64,000 bases of DNA, taken from Candidatus Woesearchaeota archaeon. Its GTDB lineage: Archaea > Nanobdellota > Nanobdellia > Woesearchaeales > GW2011-AR4. Every line of letters starts with the position of its first letter. Position 1 is the stretch's first letter. Under the pieces are notes generated by a model. It saw only the letters and a list, made by a program, of their open reading frames with translations. It had not been told where the DNA came from and did not search any database. Shown here piece after piece: positions 28,994-36,940 of this stretch. The stretch is taken from positions 123,420-187,419 of the forward strand of contig NZDH01000004.1 in assembly GCA_002688775.1 (NCBI GenBank). The letters are read 5' to 3'. The position numbers and the translations under genes are program-made.

Positions 28994-30199
28994 ATGAAAG
29001 TTTTACTTAATGATGGATTAAACAAAGAGGGAATCCAATTATTTGAAGAGGCTGGAATACAAACTGACACCAGAAAAAGAAATTTAAGTTCACTTGTTCA
29101 AGAAGTTGAGGAGTTTGATGCACTGATTGTAAGAAGTGCTACACAAGTTACACCAGAAGTTATAAGGGCTGGTGCAGAAGGGAAATTAAAAATTATTGGC
29201 AGATCTGGAGTCGGTTATGAAAATGTTGATTTAGAGGCTGCAATTGAATATGGGGTTGTTGTTAAGAATGCTCCTTCTGGGAATACTAATGCAACTGCAG
29301 AACTTGCATTAGGGTTGATGTATAGTCTTTCAAGGAATATTGCTAGAGCTGATGCGTTATCAAGAAGTGGTTTTTGGAAGAAAAAGGATTTGAAAGGTGC
29401 AGAATTATCACACAAAACTCTTGGCATTATAGGATGTGGGAGGATTGGTCAGAGATTGAGTGAATTGGTCAATGCGTACATGACCGTTATAGGTTATGAT
29501 CCGGATTTGGAAAGAGTAATGGCTAGATTTCCAGAATCAAGAATAACCTACAAATCTAAAGACGAAGTTCTTGCTGAAGCAGATTATGTTAGCATACATA
29601 CTGCTGGAAATGGTGTAGTTGTAGGTGAAAGAGAGATTGCCCTCATGAAACCAAGTGCATATCTTATCAATGTTGCAAGGGGGGAGTATGTGGATGAGCG
29701 AGCTCTTTATGAAGCATTAAAAAATGGCAGATTAGCTGGAGCGGGCATAGATGTATATTCAAGAGAGCCTGAGAAGGATGCTACGGATACTCCCAATTTC
29801 AACAGCCCATTTGGAGATCTTCCTAATGTAGTATTGACTCAACATCAAGGTGCATCTACAGACCGCGCACAGCAAAAAACATCGGAAGAAATAGCTAATG
29901 TTGTGATAGACTATCTCTTGAGGGGTGATTTTTCAAATGCTGTCAATGCAGGTGAAACTATCCAAGCTGAAAGAAGGCAGGTATATCCACTGTTCGTGCA
30001 TCACAGCGATGTTCCTGGAGCTTTTGCAACCATAGATGGGGTTTTAGCTGCTAATAAAATAAATATAAGAGAAAACCCATCAAGACAAATTGGAAGAAAC
30101 GGTGAAGTTGTTACTGTATATCTTTTGCATCAGCAAGTCGGTGAAGGTGCCCTCACTCAGCTTAGGGGGCTTGATATGGTACATAGTGCAAAGATGTGA
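28994..30199 (+). CDS. serA: D-3-phosphoglycerate dehydrogenase-like 2-hydroxyacid dehydrogenase with a C-terminal ACT domain
   Basis: NAD-binding GIIGCGRIGQRL, catalytic region NVARGEYVDE...LTQHQG, and an ACT-like tail (HSDVPGAFATIDGVLA). Confidence 0.8.
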   Translation: MKVLLNDGLNKEGIQLFEEAGIQTDTRKRNLSSLVQEVEEFDALIVRSATQVTPEVIRAGAEGKLKIIGRSGVGYENVDLEAAIEYGVVVKNAPSGNTNATAELALGLMYSLSRNIARADALSRSGFWKKKDLKGAELSHKTLGIIGCGRIGQRLSELVNAYMTVIGYDPDLERVMARFPESRITYKSKDEVLAEADYVSIHTAGNGVVVGEREIALMKPSAYLINVARGEYVDERALYEALKNGRLAGAGIDVYSREPEKDATDTPNFNSPFGDLPNVVLTQHQGASTDRAQQKTSEEIANVVIDYLLRGDFSNAVNAGETIQAERRQVYPLFVHHSDVPGAFATIDGVLAANKINIRENPSRQIGRNGEVVTVYLLHQQVGEGALTQLRGLDMVHSAKM

Positions 30200-30299
30200 A
30201 TTTAGTATACTCATCCTAAAATTCAATATTACTCATTTAATATTTCCAGATTAATGCATTAAATTTAAATAGAAACAATCAGTTTAATTCTTATTCTAA

Positions 30300-30372
30300 A
30301 GCCCTGTAGTCTAGCGGTCAAGGATACGGCCCTTTGGAGGCTGAGACGGCAGTTCGAATCTGCCCGGGGCTA
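30300..30372 (+). tRNA. tRNA-Gln (anticodon TTG), no intron
   Basis: Acceptor AGCCCTG/CGGGGCT, anticodon arm CGGCC-CTTTGGA-GGCTG, T arm GGCAG-TTCGAAT-CTGCC, discriminator A. Confidence 0.9.
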
Positions 30373-30545
30373 TTTATTCTCCATTTTTTCCATAAGCTTT
30401 ATAAATTGCCCATTCTTCCCCCTTATTGAAAGATAACTCGGTGAAAGCTTGGTTATACTGGATGAAAACGTCTTTTTCTCCAGATAATTGTTATGTTCCG
30501 AGGCAAAAATTAGTGGCAAAACAATTTTTGCCGAGGCAAGATATT

Positions 30546-30567
30546 GAAAATTTGCTTGCAAATTTTC
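30546..30567. promoter_or_regulatory. Perfect 10-bp palindrome GAAAATTTGC-TT-GCAAATTTTC, 44 nt upstream of rps15
   Basis: Direct reading. Related GAAAAT...ATTTTC palindromes occur at 43701-43717, 60294-60314 and 60322-60338. Confidence 0.35.
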
Positions 30568-30610
30568 GGATTTAAAATAAAAATCAAGCAGCTTTAATAA
30601 TCAAAATAAA

Positions 30611-31066
30611 ATGGCAAGAATGCATTCAAGGAAGAGAGGAAAGCATGGCTCCAAGAAGCCTGCTAAGAAAACAGCACCTTCCTGGATTAGATACAAGGCC
30701 AAGGAAGTGGAATTGTTAATAGCAAAACTTTCTAAGGATGGAAAGTCAACATCACAGATTGGAATCTTATTAAGGGATACTTATGGAATTCCAAATGTTC
30801 ACGCTCTGTGTGGAAAATCAGTAAGTGCAATTCTAAAGGAAAAAAAGATTGTTCCAGAAGTGCCTGAAAACTTAACTGCAATGTTCAGGAGATTTGCAGC
30901 AATCAAAAAGCATCTTGAGACCAACAAACATGATGAAACAGCAGCAAGAGGTTTGCATCTTGCAGAATCAAAGATCAACAGACTGGTTAAATACTACAAA
31001 AGAACAGGCAGGCTTGAAGAAACCTGGAAGTTTGATCCTGACAGAATGGGATTTTTTGCAGAATAA
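30611..31066 (+). CDS. rps15: 30S ribosomal protein S15 (uS15)
   Basis: MARMHSRKRGKHGSKKP N-terminus and archaeal S15/S13e length (151 aa). Confidence 0.95.
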   Translation: MARMHSRKRGKHGSKKPAKKTAPSWIRYKAKEVELLIAKLSKDGKSTSQIGILLRDTYGIPNVHALCGKSVSAILKEKKIVPEVPENLTAMFRRFAAIKKHLETNKHDETAARGLHLAESKINRLVKYYKRTGRLEETWKFDPDRMGFFAE

Positions 31067-32005
31067 TCATGCAGCTAATTCTTTTATTTTATTCACAACT
31101 TCATCAATCAGATAATCTGGAGTTGAAGCTCCTGCTGTAACACCAACTTTATCTTTTTGATTGAACCAATCAGCCTGTAATTGCTCTGCTGATTGGATGA
31201 AATAGGACTCAACACCTAATTCTTTGCATTTAGTATAGAGTTCTTTTGAATTGCTTGAGTTTTTTCCGCCAATGACAATTACAATGTCGGATTCTTTGGC
31301 GATTTCCTCTGTTCCGCTCTGCCTTTGCTTGGTTGGGTTGCAGATTGTGTCTACATAACCATATTTTTCAGATAAATCCCTCAAGCTTAATTGAATTTGC
31401 CCGAATTTATTTCCGCTTAGGTTTGAATTTATGTTTTCTATCAATTTTTTGTATCCATAAACAGACATTGTTGTCTGGGAAATGATGGCAACTTTTTCTG
31501 AATTGTTATTTTTTATGAACTCAAGTACTTTTTGATATTCCTCAGGCTCCTCGACAATTATTGTATCGTTCCCTTTTAAATGGAACTTTGTCCCTATAGA
31601 TTCCGGATGATCTGCTTTGCCGAAAATGATAACTTCATATCCGTTTTCTTTTAATTTAATGCCTACATTGTGGACTAAAGTCACTAAGGGGCAAGTTGCA
31701 TCTGTCAAATTATTGTCTTTTGTAATGGATTTCTCATTTAAAGTTTTATAAGTAGAACCTGGCTCACCGTGAGCTCTTAAAACAGTTATAGCGCCATCCG
31801 GGATTTCAGCAAGATTTTCCACAAAGACTATACCTTTGTTCCCTAAGTCATTTATTACTTTCTCATTGTGAACTAATTGTCCATGGACATATGTTTTGCC
31901 TTTGTTATTTTTTGCTACCTCTTCCGCTACTTCTATAGCTTTCTTTACTCCAAAGCAAAAGCCTGAATTTTTGGCTATTTTAATTTCCAAAACAATCCAC
32001 CCCAA
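31067..32005 (-). CDS. ispH: 4-hydroxy-3-methylbut-2-enyl diphosphate reductase (MEP pathway, last step)
   Basis: GFCFGVKKAIE, VHGQLVHNE, ATCPLVTLVH and TICNPT place the conserved Cys residues as in IspH/LytB. Confidence 0.9.
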   Translation of the reverse strand: MGWIVLEIKIAKNSGFCFGVKKAIEVAEEVAKNNKGKTYVHGQLVHNEKVINDLGNKGIVFVENLAEIPDGAITVLRAHGEPGSTYKTLNEKSITKDNNLTDATCPLVTLVHNVGIKLKENGYEVIIFGKADHPESIGTKFHLKGNDTIIVEEPEEYQKVLEFIKNNNSEKVAIISQTTMSVYGYKKLIENINSNLSGNKFGQIQLSLRDLSEKYGYVDTICNPTKQRQSGTEEIAKESDIVIVIGGKNSSNSKELYTKCKELGVESYFIQSAEQLQADWFNQKDKVGVTAGASTPDYLIDEVVNKIKELAA

Positions 32006-32027
32006 ACTTAAGTATTACTTTTTCCTT

Positions 32028-32876
32028 TTATATGGTTTTTGTCAAAAAAACAAACGGATAATCATACTGTATCTTGAAAAAAGCCTCCCTTGCTTCATAA
32101 ATGCTGTTGAAAATCCCAAATACGGTCGGACCTGAGCCAGACACCAATGCATTCAGTGCGTCATTTCTAAGCAGATTGGTTTTTATGTCATTAATTACCT
32201 TGTATTTTTTCATGACAATCGGCTCGAAATCATTATGCAGGTTATCTGCTATCTGGCTTATGTCTTTTTTTTCTATTGCCTTCACTAAATCTTTGATATC
32301 TGCCTTTGTCTTTATCTTTGGTTTTTTCCTGTCAAATGTAGAATAAGCCCATTTTGTTGAAACTCGGAAGCCCGGATTGATCAATACAACATTTATACTG
32401 AAAGATTTTTTTATTCTTTTTATTTTTTCACCAATGCCTTCAACTAATGCCGCATTTTCTGCAACAAAAAAAGGGACATCTGAACCAATTTGCGATGCCA
32501 GATTAATTAATTGCTTTTCCTTAAGCTTTAATCTCCATAATCTGTTCAGGTTCATCAATGCAGTTGCTGCATTGCTGCTTCCGCCTCCCAAGCCTGCCTC
32601 TAATGGTATATTTTTTTGAATAAATATCTTGATACCATACTTAACCTTATATTTTTTCTTTAACACCGATGCTACCTTATAAACAAGATTTTCTTCATTC
32701 TCAATATCTTTATTAGTGGATTCTACTATTATTCTATCTTCATTTATAGGCTCAATAGACATATTGTCGCTTAATTCTATGTTCTGCATAACTGACTGCA
32801 GGTTATGGTAGCCAGAGCTTAGTTTCCTGCCTATCTTCAGGAACAGGTTTATCTTTGCATATGAACTGATAGCCAT
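32028..32876 (-). CDS. ispE: 4-diphosphocytidyl-2-C-methyl-D-erythritol kinase
   Basis: AKINLFLKI...GYHNLQSV and the GHMP kinase motif PLEAGLGGGSSNAA. Confidence 0.9.
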   Translation of the reverse strand: MAISSYAKINLFLKIGRKLSSGYHNLQSVMQNIELSDNMSIEPINEDRIIVESTNKDIENEENLVYKVASVLKKKYKVKYGIKIFIQKNIPLEAGLGGGSSNAATALMNLNRLWRLKLKEKQLINLASQIGSDVPFFVAENAALVEGIGEKIKRIKKSFSINVVLINPGFRVSTKWAYSTFDRKKPKIKTKADIKDLVKAIEKKDISQIADNLHNDFEPIVMKKYKVINDIKTNLLRNDALNALVSGSGPTVFGIFNSIYEAREAFFKIQYDYPFVFLTKTI

Positions 32877-32966
32877 GATAGAATTGATAATACTAATAAT
32901 ATATTAATATTGCTGAATTTGATACTAAAAGATAGGTATATAAATACCAGCCGCCCTCTTATTTAG

Positions 32967-33350
32967 TTGGGTGGTAATATGGACTTAGATCTTATTGCTG
33001 ATGATGGCAAGATAAGTGTATTCAATGCAAAAAGGTTCCTTTCTGAGAGAATGGCAGGGCTACGTTTAACGTTTTCAGGGTCATTGAATTCTGCTATAAT
33101 CCAATGTGTTGACCCAGATTCTGGAGAGGTGATAGACTATAAAGCAGTGCATAGTGGTATTAAAGGACCTGATCCAGAAAACTACAGTGGAGGTAAAACC
33201 AGAATAGATGCTATTGTTCAAAACATTGAAGAAGATCTGTGGTTACTTAATTTTGAATTTGATAGTGGCAGAAACATGTATGTGTTCAGACCTGAACCAG
33301 AGTCACAACCACGAAGCACTGCATCCCCTTACCTTGCCCAAAGGCAGTAA
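32967..33350 (+). CDS. Hypothetical protein (orphan, opposite strand inside the MEP cluster)
   Basis: 127 aa ORF, GC-richer than the flanking genes. Its 3' end overlaps the ispDF 3' end by 65 nt. No motif recognised. Confidence 0.3.
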   Translation: MGGNMDLDLIADDGKISVFNAKRFLSERMAGLRLTFSGSLNSAIIQCVDPDSGEVIDYKAVHSGIKGPDPENYSGGKTRIDAIVQNIEEDLWLLNFEFDSGRNMYVFRPEPESQPRSTASPYLAQRQ

Positions 33351-34449
33351 GATTCTCTCCAGAAGTGTAGGTAATTCCAATTTTTTCTTTTTCTAAATCC
33401 AGTATTTTTGACATTGATTCCTTGATTTTGTCTGTATGCGGCTCAAGTTTTGGCCTACTAGCCTCTATCATGACACCAACATTGTTTAATTTTTGATTCT
33501 TTTCATTTAATTTATCTAAAATAACTTTAATATATTCTTTACTATCAATTACTCCTTTCTTTAACATTGGATCTGCATAATAACCTAATGATTTTTCTCC
33601 AATGGCTTGGCTTATTGCATTGAACAAAGCATGCAAAATAACATCCCCATCAGAGTTTGCCTCAAAACCAGCTTCATTTAGGATTTTACAGCCACCCAGA
33701 GTTAATTCCTTATTTGATGAGAATTTATGGCTATCCTGGCCAATTCCTATCCTGGTGAATCTGCCTGTTCTCCTAACTAGGATTCCTTCTGCAATTTTTA
33801 GATCATCATCTGTAGTGATTTTTATGTTTTCGTAAGAGCAAGGCACCAGCTCTACTTTTTGACCAATCAATTCCACCAATGAAACATCATCGGTAACTGT
33901 CAAATTTTTCTTTTTTGCATTTTCAAATGCTTCAAGAAACAATTTATTTCTAACAGCTTGCGGTGTTTGAACTTGAAATATGTCTTTTCTGTCGATTGTT
34001 CTTTCAACAAAATTATTATTTATTTTTTTTATGGTGTCCTTTAACTGAAATCCGACAACAGCTGCACCATTATTTTTTGCAGCTTTAATACAATCATCTA
34101 TTTCCTTTTCCCTGACTAATGGGTTGCTTGCGTTATGAACTACTACAATATCATTGCTCTTATTGTTTTTTATAGAAGTTAATCCATTATATACTGAATC
34201 CTGTCTTTCTTTGCCTCCTTCAACAATTTTTTTTATTTTGTCAAAGTTATATTTCTTTTTTATATTTTCAAGTATTTCAAAATTTTCTTTCTGGGTTACT
34301 ATTATTATCTCGTCGATATTTTTGCATTCATTGAAAACTTTGATTGTATAATATATTATAGGTTTATTAAATAATGGAAGAAATACTTTATTTCCATTCT
34401 TATTCATTCTTTTGCTATTGCCAGCTGCAACTATAATTGCATAATTCAT
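33286..34449 (-). CDS. ispDF: Bifunctional IspD/IspF (MEP cytidylyltransferase / MEcPP synthase)
   Basis: N-terminal IIVAAGNSKRM (IspD) and C-terminal IGIGQDSHKF...DGDVILHAL (IspF). Confidence 0.9.
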   Translation of the reverse strand: MNYAIIVAAGNSKRMNKNGNKVFLPLFNKPIIYYTIKVFNECKNIDEIIIVTQKENFEILENIKKKYNFDKIKKIVEGGKERQDSVYNGLTSIKNNKSNDIVVVHNASNPLVREKEIDDCIKAAKNNGAAVVGFQLKDTIKKINNNFVERTIDRKDIFQVQTPQAVRNKLFLEAFENAKKKNLTVTDDVSLVELIGQKVELVPCSYENIKITTDDDLKIAEGILVRRTGRFTRIGIGQDSHKFSSNKELTLGGCKILNEAGFEANSDGDVILHALFNAISQAIGEKSLGYYADPMLKKGVIDSKEYIKVILDKLNEKNQKLNNVGVMIEASRPKLEPHTDKIKESMSKILDLEKEKIGITYTSGENLTAFGQGKGMQCFVVVTLVQV

Positions 34450-35618
34450 TTTATTATTGTAATTTCCTCTTCAATGATATTTTTTGTTTTTTCTTTGATA
34501 TTTTTATCAATTGAAAGAATATCATTTAAGCCTGGATTTTTAATTATATTATGCTCATCCATCATTTTTCTGATCAATCTTGGAATGTCCAGAAATCTTA
34601 TTTTATTGTCTAAAAAGGCATGGACTGCAGCTTCATTTGCAGCATTCATTACTGCCGGCAGTGTTCCGCCTTTGATTCCTGCTTCATATGCGTAGTTCAA
34701 GCATGGAAACATATCAAAATCAGGATCTTTGAAGTCGAGAGTCTTTATTTTTGCAAGATCCAGTGATGCCTGCATATTAGTAAATCTTCCTGGATATGTT
34801 AATGCATACTGGATGGGTATTCTCATGTTTGGCAATCCAAGCTGCGCTATGACTGACCTGTCATTAAATTCAACCAATGAATGTATGACGCTTTGGGGGT
34901 GAATGACAATTTTGATTTTTTTATAATCAATCCCGTAAAGCCAATGTGTTTCAAGAACCTCAAAACCCTTGTTCATGAGAGTTGCGCTATCAATTGTTAT
35001 CTTTGCACCCATATTCCATGTTGGGTGCTTGAGAGCATCACTTGCTGTGACATCTTCAAATTGTTCTCTTGAATGATTTCTAAAAGGTCCTCCTGAACAG
35101 GTTAATGTTATTTTATTGACATCGTTGATATTTTCTCCGTTTAAGCATTGGAAAATTGCACTGTGCTCGGAATCAATAGGCATCAATTTTACATCGTTTT
35201 TCTTTATCTCATTTATGATGGCGGAACCTGCTGCAACTAAAGTTTCTTTGTTTGCGAGCGCAATATTTTTTTTGTTTCTGGCAGCATTGTAAGTTGGTTC
35301 AATACCAACAGAACCGACCAGAGAATTTACAACAGTGTCTGCCTCATTTAAAGCTGCAATTTTGTTTAATCCTTGAATTCCAGAATAAACTTGTGTAGAA
35401 GTGAAATTCATCAATTCGTTTGCTTTTGTTTTATCCATTACAGCAACTGCTGCCGGCTTAAATTCGTTGATCTGCTGCCTTAATAAATCAATATTTTTAT
35501 TTGTAGTAAGGCCAACAACCTTGAATTCATCAGGAAATTGTTTTACTATGTCCAAAGTCTGCGTGCCGATACTGCCTGTCGATCCCAGAATTGATATGTT
35601 TTTCATTTTAATTGCCAT
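34446..35618 (-). CDS. dxr: 1-deoxy-D-xylulose 5-phosphate reductoisomerase
   Basis: ILGSTGSIGTQTLDIV, LANKETLV, PIDSEHSAIFQC and HPTWNMG motifs. Confidence 0.95.
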   Translation of the reverse strand: MAIKMKNISILGSTGSIGTQTLDIVKQFPDEFKVVGLTTNKNIDLLRQQINEFKPAAVAVMDKTKANELMNFTSTQVYSGIQGLNKIAALNEADTVVNSLVGSVGIEPTYNAARNKKNIALANKETLVAAGSAIINEIKKNDVKLMPIDSEHSAIFQCLNGENINDVNKITLTCSGGPFRNHSREQFEDVTASDALKHPTWNMGAKITIDSATLMNKGFEVLETHWLYGIDYKKIKIVIHPQSVIHSLVEFNDRSVIAQLGLPNMRIPIQYALTYPGRFTNMQASLDLAKIKTLDFKDPDFDMFPCLNYAYEAGIKGGTLPAVMNAANEAAVHAFLDNKIRFLDIPRLIRKMMDEHNIIKNPGLNDILSIDKNIKEKTKNIIEEEITIIK

Positions 35619-36669
35619 TGCTGGCTATTTCATTGATTTCTTTTAATAGAACCTCTTTTATCTCATTATCGTTAATTCTTTTGACAATTTTACCATCTCT
35701 ATATAGGAGATGATTTCCTGGAGCCCCTACAATCCCAATGTCTGATTTTTTGCTTTCCCCGGGGCCATTAACTGCGCATCCCATGACGGCAACCTTAATC
35801 GGTTTTTTTATTTTTTCCGTTTGGTTTTCAAGCTCTTCAACCAATTTGATCACATCTATTTCTGTTCTTGCACATGTTGGACAACTTGTAACTTGAACGC
35901 CATCATTTCTTAATCCAAGTGACCTTAAAATGTATTTTCCGACTTTTACTTCTTCTTTTGGATCTTCAGAAAGCGAGATTCTTATCGTATCGCCAATGCC
36001 TTCAGAAAGCAGCATTCCTATGCCCATTGAAGACTTTACAGTTCCAGGAATTTTTGATCCTGATTCTGTAACTCCTAGATGCAATGGGTAATCTGTTTTT
36101 TCAGCAAATGATCTATACGCTTCCACCATTCTCGGAACATCGGATGCTTTTAATGAAACAATTGTATCATAGAAATCCAAATCTTCCAGAATTTTAAGAT
36201 GGCGCATTGCACTTTCAACCATTGCTGCAGGCGAATAACCATGTTTCATGAACAAGTCCCTTTCAAGGGAGCCAAGATTTACACCGATTCTCATCGGAAT
36301 TCCATGATCTTTTACTGTCTTGACAACTTGCTGCACTTTATCCGGATTCCCTATGTTGCCGGGGTTGATTCTTAGTTTATCGACGTATTTTACTGCCTCC
36401 AAAGCAATCCTGTAATCAAAATGTATGTCAACAACAAGCGGAATCGTGATATTTTCTCTAATTTCCTTTAATGATTTCGCTGCTTCCATTGTCGGAGCGC
36501 TTACTCTTATTATTTCGCATCCCACATCTTCCAATCCGTGAATCTGGTCAATAGTTGCTTTAACATCTGTTGTATCTGTTGTTGTCATTGACTGAACAGT
36601 TATCGGTGCATCTCCTCCGATGAATAATTTTCCAACCTTGACTTTGCGTGATTTTCTTCTTTGTAGCAT
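35608..36669 (-). CDS. ispG: 4-hydroxy-3-methylbut-2-en-1-yl diphosphate synthase
   Basis: GGDAPITVQSMT, RINPGNIG, SCPTCART and VMGCAVNGPGE motifs of GcpE. Confidence 0.95.
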   Translation of the reverse strand: MLQRRKSRKVKVGKLFIGGDAPITVQSMTTTDTTDVKATIDQIHGLEDVGCEIIRVSAPTMEAAKSLKEIRENITIPLVVDIHFDYRIALEAVKYVDKLRINPGNIGNPDKVQQVVKTVKDHGIPMRIGVNLGSLERDLFMKHGYSPAAMVESAMRHLKILEDLDFYDTIVSLKASDVPRMVEAYRSFAEKTDYPLHLGVTESGSKIPGTVKSSMGIGMLLSEGIGDTIRISLSEDPKEEVKVGKYILRSLGLRNDGVQVTSCPTCARTEIDVIKLVEELENQTEKIKKPIKVAVMGCAVNGPGESKKSDIGIVGAPGNHLLYRDGKIVKRINDNEIKEVLLKEINEIASNGN

Positions 36670-36709
36670 TTTTTATTGGGTTTTTTGATTTGTTTTTATG
36701 AGTTTTTTT

Positions 36710-36887
36710 GATTTTAATAGTTTTTTATATTATTTTTATTATTTAATTTCTTTTAATTTTATTATTGGAGATTAGCCGCATATACATTAATTATTAATTC
36801 ACTAACAATTTAACAATATTTTTTAATTCGTTTCATCTGTAATGTACTGGGCTCTTAATAACAATGAAAAACTATTTTAAAAAATAA
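36710..36887. repeat. Intergenic repeat family R1, copy B (between the dxs stop and the ispG start)
   Basis: Same conserved blocks as copies A and C. Ends are inverted-repeat-like: GATTTTAATAGTTTTTTAT versus ATGAAAAACTATTTTAAAA. Confidence 0.75.
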
Positions 36888-36940
36888 ACCAACCCCTTTT
36901 TAATAATAAAAAATATTTCTAAAAAATTAAAATCTTAAAA

